DNA from: Octopus sinensis
Lineage: Eukaryota
Length of the DNA: 64,000 nucleotides
Assembly (NCBI RefSeq): GCF_006345805.1
Contig: NW_021832440.1
Location: 183,145 to 247,144 of the forward strand
Direction: 5' to 3'
Below the pieces are notes generated by a model. It did no database searches and was not told the DNA's origin. It was given only the letters and a program-made list of their open reading frames with translations. Made by a program: the position numbers and the translations under genes. Of this stretch, positions 25,701 to 37,405 are shown piece after piece; positions within the stretch are counted from its first letter, which is position 1; the number at the start of each line of letters is the position of its first letter.

Positions 25701-26357
25701 AACAAGATCTATTTTTTTCATCATTGCCATAATAATTTTTTGGAACATGGTTTTATAAAATTTTCGGCCTCTCAACTGAGTGCTATAAAATAACTCACCT
25801 GTCTAAATTAGATTAATTCTATACTCTTGTATTGCACTTAAGAATATTTCAAGTAGATTGACACTCATTGTTTTTCTTCTTGGGCAATTAGATGATTTGC
25901 AAAGTGATACAATGATCTCTGCACCTTTCTTTTTTTATACATTGTCTGTATTTAACCACATGGAGTCTAAAGTAATTGTCATTGACAAAATACTCTTGCC
26001 GCATAGTTAAATATAATAAAATATTTACGTGTTAAGCACGTAATATTATTTTTTAAACTCTTCAATTCCAATTGATAAAATTAAGGCAGGTTCGAGGAAA
26101 TAAAACTACGCAGTTTAGGACGCCCTCCCAGCCTCGCGGATTGCCAAACAATTGTCACGGATTACGGCAGTTTGTTTTTAAATGAATAAAGTCATTTTTA
26201 TAAATTTCCCACAATTTAATAAATACAACTAACGACTTGAGGCGCGAGACACGTCCTGCTTTGAGGGTCATAGAGTTCATCATTATGACATTTGTGCTTT
26301 ATTTTTACCATTCCAACATCTTGACACTCAAAATATTCACTTGAACAAATATTTTCT

Positions 26358-27788
26358 TCATTTTGTGGATAAATCCCCACATCTTGGCACTCCTCTGAAT
26401 AACATCAACTTATTCCAACCAGAATCGTAGAGAACATCCTTAATGCTATCTCTCCCAACTAGTGACTCTATCCTAGGAATATAAAAATCGTCAATTCCGA
26501 TTTTATGCTCCTCGTCAGCCAAGAATAGTGTAGACGTCTTTAGTAGTCACAAAAGCTTACTTGAGAAAACGAATCTAGTTTTTTCCGAAAGACGGAAATG
26601 AGGGGGAATTGTTTTGATTGACAAAACTTGCCAGTGAAATCATCAAAATCAATAGTCCAAAGAGCAGCCCCGGCAAATCTCATAGCACAAATGTACTTTG
26701 CCTTCTCCTCCAAACTCTTTTCGCTCTCTAACGAAACCCAATATTCGTTTTGTGTTGCATACGCTGCACCAAAGTGAGAATCCCATTTGATATTCCAACG
26801 GCACACCTTTTTATTAAATTAATACATCACTTCATAGTAAGCAAGAATTCCGCTCATTTTTGTATAATTCCCAATTTTGTTGACTGCATGGCCAAGGCAC
26901 CCATCCCTGCTGACGAAAAGTAGAATCGTTCATATAGTCTGGCATATAGTGCTATTCCCACCAATAATTTGTTTCTCTTTATGTTCAGAGTGAGGAGCAC
27001 GTTGAACAAACTAGTCTAAAGAGGTTATCCAATCAATAACAATGCAGTTTTGTGCGCCACTGCAGTTTAGTGCGTTGTGGAATTGAGTAGTGTTTTCGTG
27101 GTGATGATTTAAATCAAATCCGTCAACTATTACGTAATCCACAATTCTAAATTTAAGAAAATAAATATACTACTCAGATAGTTTTTTTATTTTGTTTAAA
27201 TTTGTGCCCTTTACATGGGAAATAAGAAGTGTAGACATGCTTTTCTGAGTGGCCACTCTGCTTATGTACTTCATTGACCACAAAGGCGTACTTTTGCTAA
27301 CTTAATAACCACTTCAAGACCATCCGTTGAACCAAATATGTCAATTCCGTCAAAATTATGTCGCAACATAAAGTCGAGGGCGTTCCTAGCCAGAATCAAA
27401 AACCTTGAAGCTCCAAAAGGCATGAAATTTAGCTGAGGGATGCGAAGAGAAATCAACAACTTGACATTAAGGGAGATTTTGATAGCCAACAGCTGCTCGT
27501 ACATGTTCAGTTCTACAAAATAAAGTGTTCTTAGACCTGAGGAATGAGCGTCGTCTTGTCCGATGGGAATTATCTGCAATGTAGACGGGTCGATGTCAGC
27601 AAATGCGTAAATGAGGTGAGTACAGAGATTCTTCCGAATGTCCTCAGGCATCAAACGACTCCCGGACATGCTGTACTGTGCCCAGAAAGGGTAGTAGCAC
27701 ATTGTTTCTGCTCTTGATTATTAAAATTACTTGGCTTATTTTTAGACAGAGTTTGATAGAAATTAATCAAGATTACAAATAAGATCAT
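26358..27788 (-). CDS. Secreted GH18 chitinase-like protein with degenerate active site, copy 1
   Basis: Signal peptide MILFVILINF, then CYYPFWAQY, CTHLIYAFA, FDGIDIFGS (in place of DxxDxDxE), WVSLESEKSLEEKAKY and GAALWTIDFDDF. Several 20-30 nt introns. Confidence 0.85.
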
Positions 27789-28019
27789 TAAATTATTATA
27801 AAACGTGAGTTTAAATTGTATTAATTAATTATTAATCTTAGATTAACCCGGAAAAATTCAATTTAAATAGCATTTATACCATTTTTGAATGATATGCGAT
27901 AAGTACTGGTTTAAATCGGATTTAAAAATTAAGTCAGTTTTGATCTAAAACTACTAATGATCGAGAAAACGTTGCCTTCAGGAGCGCAATAGAGATTCAT
28001 TGGAAGAGCCATTGCTTCT

Positions 28020-28215
28020 CCCGATGCTTTCGTCGTCTTTTGGAGATCAGTTGCAGATTCTCCCAACGAGTTCCAGAATATTTCGGATATTTGTCTTCGA
28101 GAAAGTGTCCGTGGACGTAGAGTCCCACGCGAGGAATTTCCCATTAATCCACGGAAAACGGTGACTCCATTTCCCGTCTCCACGTTCAAGCCCAACATGT
28201 TCAAGTTCGGTGGCT
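28020..28215 (-). mobile_element. CRE-like endonuclease fragment
   Basis: LEHVGLERGDGK..FPWINGKFLAWDSTSTDT resembles the LE..GL.R.DG..PW..GK.LAWD.T..DT motif. Confidence 0.5.
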
Positions 28216-30214
28216 ATTGCTCTGTCCTCTTGACACCAAGATCCCGAGCAAGCTGTATATAATCGCCATCCTCTTCATTTTTATTTATAAGTGCTCTTCT
28301 TGTAGCCATATCTGGTTTAATTTTTTGTCGTATAGAGAAATGTCTGGCTTGCTATATGAATTTTGATTGGATTGGAATAGTATTATTAATAAGGAACAGT
28401 TTGAATGATATTTAAATATTCATCAAATTTTGATTTCTCAAAACAGAGATCGATAATTCTGATTTAATTTTTCAAAACAGGGATTAAATCGGGTTTGTAG
28501 TTGTTACGACATTCCCATATGTTTTTGTTGCTGCTATCGTAGAAAAATATCTTATTATTGGTAGTCATTGCTTAAAACAATAAAAATGATATTAAATCCA
28601 ATTTTTATATTAGATAGCGTGAAAATACGACATCATTCAGCATTCGGATGTAAATGAACTCACTCTACCGCTACACTTACGTAATCAAAAGGAATTCATA
28701 GGCGATTGCATTTGTGGCCAATTTCTCCAATTTGATCTACCAAGATTTTTACGTGCTAAAAATAAGCGTCTCTTCTTCATTTTTCTGATGAAGGAGGAAG
28801 ACAGTCAGCCGTATGTCCCAAGGCCAGGAAGTATTCCTTCGCGGAAATCAACAGTAGAATGAATGCTCGGAGACTGCTGAGGCACTTCTACAAACCTCAC
28901 CCAATCATCACAGTGCTGGAATACCTTTTCGGAAGCAGTTTTTCAGGTAATTTTATATAAATTATGGTCGAAAACACGGATCAAATTTCAATTTTTGTAG
29001 AATTGTAGGTCACTGAACCCGAGTTGCGCCAAATTTTCTAAAAATGTATTATTTATCGATTTTTTTTTTTTTTTATTCTTAAAATTTTTATAAATTATGA
29101 CGAATTCTAGGATTGTCAAATTTAAATTGACACTAGAATTTTTTTAAATCGAATCTTGGAATTAACGGATTTAAGAAAGGCGAATCTGGGGGAATTTACT
29201 GTACACTTAAATTCATTTTAACATGGATACAAAAACTTTCATTTCTATTGGAAGCATGTGTGGAGCCTATATGGTGAAGCTTCTTACTGAAACAGAATGA
29301 TTGTAAGAAAAAAAGTCCGAAGAGGCATAAAAGTGTCTCATTAAAAAACCAGTGTCTAATCGCCTAGGGAATCGTTATTTCTTTTGTTTGTTTTTAACAA
29401 TAATAATACTGATATGACTTTTAAAACGAACTAGTCTAAAATATTATTTGCTGCCACCGATCGAGTGTTCTTGGACATCAAAATATGTTTTTATGCCGGA
29501 ATAATTTCCAATTGATCCACCATGCCGCTGTGTTCTCTTCATGGACGACTCTTCTCCAATGGAAGGGAAGGTTTCCCGCACTGAACCGGTTGTTGGAGAC
29601 AGTAGGACTACTTATTATGTTGGCGAATGGACTGTTTTCAGCAATGTGAGTTTACAGGATTCCTTGTTAACTGATTTGTGTTCTCTTTGTGTGTGCTATA
29701 TGAGCATCATGTCTCTGTGGCACACCTCTTACATTGCCCGCAAGCAGGGTGTTTTCTTGTTCCTGTGGGTTCAGTGTGGCGTTTAATCCAAATTTTTCCC
29801 AGTCAGTAAGTCGCACACACTTAAATTAGAAAGAATCAATATGATCAAAGCAGAGTGTGCAAGTGACTTGATGAGTCTCATGCGTGGAATAGAGGAGCCC
29901 TTTGATACAAATGTTGTTTTGAATCCAATCCATATTTGCTAACTGACTTGGAGTTTGGCAAAACATCAAAGCATAATTCGGTCAATTTCCCATCTGATGA
30001 GTTATTCTGCTTCACTCACCAGTTTTGTCGGCTTGATTCTTGCGCTCTCTCCGTCTCGGACATATTCCAGTTTTCGCCCTATTTGGCCCAAAAATGGAGT
30101 CTGTGTGTCAATTATATTGTTTTTTTCTTAAATGGCGGGTAAACTAGTGACAAATTTCTCGCCCTTTTCAATTATTTCAATATGTTCTTTGTCAAAATGA
30201 ATATGTGGGTTCAT

Positions 30215-31445
30215 AAAATAAAAAACGAACATTACATTTTTCCTAAAATTTCAAAGAAACGAATCAAAAAAAATATCTAATTATCGGTATTTAAAAATGC
30301 GGAAAGACGTATCGCGAAATACAACGTATAACTAAAAGATCACTTGATACCATATCGAAAACAATTCGAAAATATAAACAAAATATTCCATGCACAAGAA
30401 AATATGGTTCTGGTCGTCCCCGGCTCCTAAATGAAGAAGATTTTAAAAAAATCAATAAGGCAAGGATTGAAGATCCAAATTTTAATTGCGTAAAATATGC
30501 GAAGGCACTGAAAGAAGAAACTGGGAAAAATGTAACACCTGAAACAATCAGAAATACACTAAAACAAAGAGGTTTCAAAGCATTTCCGCCTACTAAAAGA
30601 CCACATCTTTCTAAAAAACACAAAGAACAAAGAATGGAAATCTGTCAAAGATGGAATATGCTATTGGAATCACGTTATATTCAGCGACGAATGCAAATTC
30701 AACTTAGTAAACAACGACGGACGAAGATTTGTATAAAGACAACAATCCGAAAAGTTTGTTTCACGTAATATTACTGAAACCGTAAAATTTGGAAAAGGAA
30801 GTGTGATGATATGGGGTGCATTTACGTCTGAATATTTTAGTAATCTGGTTTGGATAAAAAAAATAATGAATGGATCATTGTATGTTAACGTTTTGGCAAA
30901 CAATTTGTTGCCATTTCTGGAAAAAATAGGATTATTGATCCAATTTTTCAACAGGACAACGACCCAAAACACACATGTGTGCTTGCAAAAATATTCTTTG
31001 AGACTAATAATATCGAATTGCTACCTTGGCCAGCGCAAAGCCCGGATCTTAACCCCATTGAACACGTATGGAGCTATATGAAGGCAAAAATAAGGGGAAA
31101 ATCGTATTCCAAAAAAGAGGAACTTTTTGAAGAATTACAAAAAATTTGGAATGAGATAGGAGTGGATTATGCAAAATCATTGGTAGAGTGAACGAATATT
31201 GTCTGTAATTGCGACACGTGGTGGGCATACTAAATTTTAATTTGTAAATAAAATTTTGTTCGTTTTTTATTTTTGTTCAGATTATACTTTTGCCGTAAAA
31301 AGGCGGTAAATATATTTTTTTTGCAAAAATAAAAATATTAGTTATTGTTTATATATTGTTAAAATTCTATTTAGATATTTTTTTTGATTCGTTTCTTGGA
31401 AATTTTAGGAAAAATGTAGTGTTCGTTTTTTATTTTGGTTTACTG
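30215..31445 (+). mobile_element. Tc1-family DNA transposon, frameshifted, left end clipped
   Basis: ~60-bp inverted repeats at 30215-30277 and ~31372-31436, with the right end ..tttactg|TA. Transposase motifs IFSDECKF, VMIWGAF, FQQDNDPKH and WPAQSPDLNPIEHVW. Confidence 0.9.
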
Positions 31446-31906
31446 TATATGCTTTGTCGCACTCGGAGTACTCACAACAGAATCTGAAAACAATAATAAA
31501 GAAAAAACTCCCGCATCAACTTAATCAAGAAACTGAAAGGAAACAGAATGAATTTTTGCAGTTGTCACAGGCCTAGGGTGTTACCAAGCCTAGGTGGCTA
31601 CACTTTCAGACTTTAAATAAAATTCAAAAAAATATTTGAATTCTATTTCAAAATCTATTTTGTCAAAATAAATATTATAAAATGACAAATACCTTACAGA
31701 ACAGAACAGAAATTTTTATTTTAAAGAACAAGAGACTGGTACAGAAATTTTTGACGTCGATACAACAAGACGGCAGCAATTGCTGACCCGTTGAGCAATA
31801 ACCTAGGGACGTGCCTAATCGCTGCATTGCACGCATTTTTGTACGTGCAATGTGATCATCAACTTACCGGACGGCTTAAAGAGCACTTGTAAAATCCACA
31901 TTCTAG

Positions 31907-32189
31907 GACTTCCAAGACTTAAGTTCAGTTTCCAATTTGCAGGCCCACGGCGCTAAAAAGGCCAAGATCGTCTACAATTACGAGGTTATCTTCTCGCGTC
32001 ACTCCAAAACTGTGGGCAGCAGAAACATTTCCGTGATCCAGGACGAGGTGATCATGTTGTTGGGGAATTATCATGAGGCTGATTGGTGTTATGTAATATA
32101 CCACACTCTACTTCCAGGTCATGAAACTCGACTCCATATTGACAGGGTACGTTGCGAGAGTTTTATACAACACAGTGATTAATATTTAA
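31907..32189 (+). CDS. SH3-domain protein, 3' exons (5' part not identified), copy 2
   Basis: AKIVYNYE..NISVIQDEVIMLLG..DWCY|VMKLDSILTGYVA after removing the 25-nt intron 32093-32117; SH3 consensus order. Confidence 0.7.
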
Positions 32190-32248
32190 CACTTAATTAT
32201 AAGGTGGCTACCCTATAAAACAATACATCCACACTTCTTTAGACACCA

Positions 32249-33118
32249 ATGTCAGCAAATTGTTCACTCATTGAAATATCCAAACTCCACCCACTTGCAA
32301 ACCAACTCTCCGGCCACGGACTCCACTCCACTGCACTCAAATGTAGTCCCCATTTTACATCACAGTCTTTTTTGAAATACCTGGCGGCTTCATTGCCAAA
32401 CGACTCAAAAAGTATTCCCGCGGCTACCAGGAGGCTGACTTTTATCAAAATATTCCCCACTCTGTCGACCAGTTTTTCACCAAATTGTCCTCATTTTTTC
32501 CCAAATTTCATGGACTGGCGCATGACGAAGAAGGAGGTGTGGCACTTTTTTATGTGCAGGGCAGTACATTTACTTGGAAAACATATTCCGGAACTTCACC
32601 AAACCGACATCCGCCGATATCAAAATTGGGTTCCTCAAAAAAGAAAAGTACCCGGCAGCCGACCAAATCATGTTTCAAATAAGTGGAATGAAAGTATTTG
32701 AAAGGTAGCACTTGTAGGTCCACCAACCTGACGAATCGTGTCACACCCTCTACAAGTCGGACGGACGCCAACTGGACAAGCATACTATCAGGGACGGTGA
32801 GAGGTCTTTGTCATTTCAGAGTTGCAAAAGTTTTTTCTGCAAGACCACAAGTTGGGGGACGGAAGGAGGCGGAAAATATTGGCAGAGTTAAGGGAAATGC
32901 TCACTCTTTTGAAGGCCCAGTCAACATGGCACTTTGTTTCGAGTTCGGTAATAATCGCCTACGAGAACGAGAACGTGTCCAATTGGAGTGAGGGACAGGT
33001 GGCTGTCCACATCATTGACTTTTCTCACGCTTCTCCTGCCAAGTCGAGGGACATTTATTCAATCAATGGGTTGGCTAATTTAATTAATTTCATTTCGAAT
33101 TTATTCGATTTGATTTAA
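32249..33118 (+). CDS. IPMK: Inositol polyphosphate multikinase-like (IPK family), intact copy
   Basis: PLANQLSGH, EADFY, PTSADIKIG (PxxxDxKxG), FQISGMKV, SSSVIIAYE (SSLL) and IIDFSH (IDF) motifs. Four ~23-nt introns (e.g. 32343-32365) give an open frame. The subfamily assignment is tentative. Confidence 0.9.
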
Positions 33119-33259
33119 TCAGACTCAATAACTTATTCTTTCAATTCAAACAAATTCACTAATACATCTCCTAATTTGATTATTCTAATGACTGTTCGTT
33201 CAAAAAGATTACATCTAATTTATCCACCAAATAAAAAACAAGAATATAGTTAGATTGCA

Positions 33260-33341
33260 TTTAGTTAACGGAATTACTAAATTAATGTATGTAAAGCAGA
33301 AGAACTGATGGCGATCCAGTTTCCCCTCACTGCAAAAAAAA
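33260..33341 (+). mobile_element. 82-bp retroposed insertion with A-tail and 12-bp target-site duplication
   Basis: TSD agttagattgca at 33248-33259 and 33342-33353. The insert ends in an A-run. The paralogous site at ~19762-19775 is empty. Confidence 0.75.
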
Positions 33342-33553
33342 AGTTAGATTGCAATTCTACATTTTTCAAATTTCCCATTCCTTTCCCAAAGAATTAATTT
33401 TATTTTAACACTTTCCAGATAATTTCTGGATAAATAATATTGAAAACGCCCAAAGATATATCAAGATATTCTGAGAAACTCAATAACGTACACTCTAATT
33501 TGAAATAATAAATAAAGCAAGTTTGTTCAAATTTTTTTTTTAAGAAACAAGTA

Positions 33554-35526
33554 CAGTAAAACCTCTCGAATCCGCCGATTTTGGGACCGACCAAAAAATC
33601 GGCGGATTCGAGAAATCGGCGGATTCGAGAGGCAATTTAAATAATATTTTATAGTTGAAACATGAACTCACAATATAGATTAAGTATTTCTTTTCATATA
33701 CAAATGACTGAATACATAAAATTATTTATATTCAAAAAAATCAGAAATTTTATTTTTTTTAATTGATTTTCTTAGCATTTCCCCAATTCGCATAATATTT
33801 TCATGATCATCTATATCTGCATTTATCTAAGAAGCATAAGTTTTAATGATCTCTAGAGCTCTGAAGGCTTCTGAGAGATCAACTTTTTTCTCATTTGATT
33901 CCTCTTCAATCATTGTTTCCTAAGTATAATTATTAAATAAAATCACTAACTGATTGAACTTTTTTTGACTGTAATGTACTAGCTTGTTCAGATTTGTCTA
34001 AAAATTCGATTAGCTCTTCATTTTCAGTATATCCGTAATCAACAAATTCACTATAAGATATTGGATCGTCAATTTGAAATTTCTTAATTATTTCTTCATA
34101 ATTATTTTCTTAGTTCTTAGATTCACTGTTGATTGTGATTGTTTCACATTTTATCCATTGTGCATGACGGAAACAATTTTTGATGGTCGTAGGAGTAACT
34201 TTATTCCAAGCGAAGAATGTTAATGTCGCAGCAGTTTTAAGGGTGATTCCATTAATTGCATTCTGACAATTTTCCCCTGCCTCAACCTTTTCGATTATAT
34301 CATTTATTTTCAAATTGGTAAATTCGGCTTTAAAGCATTTTATAATTCCTTGATCCATTGGTTGTAAGAGCGAAGATGTTCTAGAAGGCAAAAAAAGAAT
34401 TTCAATTGAGTTTAACGTGACAATAATTTGATGAGATGGACATTGATCTATTACAAGTAGAATTTTTCTTTTTTTCTTCGCAAGTTCACAATCAAAATCA
34501 CTGAGCCACTTGTTAAAAATTTCACGGTTCATCCATGCCTTATTGGAATGGGTGTAGGTAACATATTTTCCAATGTTGAAATTTTTAAAACACCTTGGAC
34601 TTTTGAATCTTCCTATCATTACAGGCCTTCTTTTATCGGAACCAGAACAATTTGCACATAATAGTAACGAAAATCGATCCTTCGACAACTTTATTCCAGG
34701 CCGTGATTTAGTGCACACACTTTTGGAAGGAATCGCCTTGTAAAAAACACCAGTTTCATCTGCATTATAAACATTGTCCAATCCATATTGTTCAATTTTT
34801 AAACTCATTGTTTCATTAAAATCAGTAATAGATTTTTCATCATGATTTACTGATCCACTGTCTCCGTGAAATTTTCTTAACTTGATACCATTTCGTAATT
34901 TAAACTTTTCTAGCCACCCACGACTTGCTTTAAATTCTGGAAAATTTTTTCAAAATTTAAGAGCTTTTGCAATTAACATCGAATCTGATAGAATTGCTCC
35001 ACTAGATTCCATTAAGTTAATCCATGTTATCATCGCTACATCAATTTCATTAAATTTGAGTTTTGGAATTCTCGTTATGTTTAATTTTTTGATGTCAGTC
35101 CTATTCAAAAGGTCCGATTTTGATTTAAGGTCGTTTATAGTTCTCGGAGAAATTTTCTTTTTTAACCGTGAAGAAAAAATCCTGGAAATTTGAGGTGCAG
35201 AAACGAATGGGTTGTCAGAAATATAACGTAGTATAGAAATTTTTTCGTTGATAGAAAGTCTAACACAACGACGCATCACAAAAATACAATTTAACGTGTA
35301 ATGAGAATTTTAAAATGTTAATTAATTTAACTTACAATTAGATAAAAAAATTATTTTTCATAATACTTGAGGAGCGGATTCGAGAAACAAGCGGATTCAA
35401 GAATCATTCATAGGAAATTTCAAATTTTTGATTAAAACAAGCGGATTCGAGAAGCGGCGGATTCGAGAAGCGGCGGATTCGAGAAGCGGCGGATTCGAGA
35501 AGCAGCGGATTCGAGAGGTTTCACTG
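33554..35526 (-). mobile_element. Full-length Tigger/pogo DNA transposon (1973 bp), transposase inactivated by stops
   Basis: TA TSD at both ends and 22-bp TIRs (CAGTAAAACCTCTCGAATCCGC / GCGGATTCGAGAGGTTTCACTG, 21/22 match). Subterminal GGCGGATTCGAGAA repeats. CENP-B HTH plus DDE motifs (YNADETG, IDQCPSH, QPMDQG). ORFs 34950-35279 and 34110-34808 are in frame across one TGA. Confidence 0.95.
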
Positions 35527-36890
35527 TATTTAATTACAAGTTAATTAATTAAAAGCTTCATGGACGGTTTGTTCAAATTGTTTTTTATTTGTATCAAAGC
35601 ATTCCACGTGTATCATCTTTTATGAGATTTTGTTTTCAATATTTTTCATAAGGTTTTCAGAATTATAACAGCATTCGTTCGGCTTTATCTCCTACTGATT
35701 GGGACAAGACACATAAACCCTTTAGCTGGTGGAAATCGTATGTTTACTGATCTAAACATCTACATTTCAGTGGACAATTTCTTTCACACTGGTATTTAGG
35801 TTTATAACAAAATAAGTTTTCATCTATTTGCACAAGTTATTCTCGAGAACAGTTAAATATAAAAAAAATTAATAGTCAATGTTATTAAAACAATCCTGAA
35901 TCCTCTGCTCGAGAAAGTCGAATTGTTGAGTAATATGCCGCTGAGTCATCTCAGAATGATTGTCAAACTTGAAGTTGGAAATGTTGCCAAGAATTTGAGG
36001 TTGATCGAGAGAATGGCGAATAATGTTCCACGTGAGCTTTTTAGTACTGCTGACGGCCTTGGATGTTCTTGAGCATGACAGTCTTGTAGAAAGGAATTAC
36101 CTGTGCGAGTGAGTGCGAAGGAGACCTATCGTATTGTTAGTAACTATTCTGCCGTAGTAACCAACTCTTTGATAATAAAAGGAGGGACCTTGCCGACTAA
36201 TTGGATGACTCCAGTTCTTACTCCTCCCGTAGAGTGTCAATGTTGAATTTAGCTAAAATAGTTACGAAATTGTACAAAATCTTACACAGAAAATACAAAA
36301 CGGAGAAAAGATGAGTCCTATTGCACAAATAATGGCTTTTATTATATTTTTAGATCAAGGACGGGGATGCAGTGCTCGACGACCCGGCCATAATTGGAGT
36401 GTGCTGCAGTGTATTCTATGACTGGTTGGTGAAGGAGGGAGAAAGGAAATGTGTATTAATCGACATTCAGGGAGTGGAGATGACTACTCCCAGTCACACA
36501 TCTGCTCTCCTCTAGCTTTGAATGTGCCCAACACATTTCTCAATGAGAGCACTCTCAGTGACCACTCGGTGATGGCACTTCTCTCCACCCAACGGGACAA
36601 AGATGTGTTGCCACTGCGCTTCCAAGTGGAGCACGTGGTGTTGGTGGGGTATTCGGGGAGAGTGAGAGAGAGTTGGACACTCTGGTGACACTCGCAAATG
36701 CATTCGGAAGGGTTGATCACCCCCTCTACCTCAGTACTTTAGTCGGGACACTCACCACACCATTTCCTACGTTTGAGTGTTGTAAGCTCCGTTTTGTTTG
36801 AGTTTACGGATAAAACAATTCAGAAAATACGTGTCAAAGTTCGTTGAGAATGTACTAAAGTGTTTAAATATCCTCGGAAACCGAATAAAT

Positions 36891-37300
36891 CAGGGGTGCC
36901 AAACTCATTTCGCAAGAAAAACTAAATTATTCAATCATCGCCCTTTAATTTTGGTGAGAGCTGCTTCCAGAGGATTGACATCTTTTTTAGATACAATTTT
37001 TGAGTCAGGCTGAGCTATTTGTGTAGTTCCGACTTTTATTAAAGAGGATAAATGTTCATCAGTTAGTCTTGTTCTTTGAGCAGTTTTTGTCAATTTCATA
37101 AATGATAAAATTATGTCGGAAGACATTCGGCTTGACTTCTTGAGGCGATTTCTCTCCTTGTTCAGGACGGATCTTCTTCGGCTACAAGCAGCGTGAAGTG
37201 GACGTTTAGGTATAGCCATTGCTCTTGCTTCCAGAATGATTTTCGAGAAGAAGCCAATGGCCTTGTCGAGAGACCTAAAGTTGCACAGGGTTGAACATAA
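36891..37300 (-). mobile_element. hAT (Charlie/Buster-like) 3' end fragment
   Basis: Terminal CAGGGGTGCCAAACTC at 36891 and the C-terminal motif FMKLTK..RTRLTDEHL..PD. No partner TIR found. Confidence 0.6.
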
Positions 37301-37405
37301 TTAACTTCTTTTTAATTTACATTTTTTTATTTTATAAACAAATATTTTATTTAATAAAATATTCTATATAAATTATTGTTTTTATGCTGTTGTTGTGCTC
37401 GTGAT

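Noticed and set aside
28600-30130. Possible piggyBac or other TIR element (cactgaaccc / gggttcagtg inverted 10-mer)
   Set aside because: Only a 10-bp match, no TTAA TSD and no convincing transposase motif. The region is left unannotated.
33700-35279. In-frame TGA/TAA/TAG in the transposase suggesting a variant genetic code or readthrough
   Set aside because: Host genes terminate normally at TAA (SURF4, IPK, MCT) and TGA (TAF13, RER1, CBP). The stops are best explained as TE decay.
35385-35526. Array of GCGGCGGATTCGAGAA repeats resembling a CRISPR or satellite
   Set aside because: There are no spacers. The repeats are subterminal motifs of the Tigger element, mirrored at 33554-33630.
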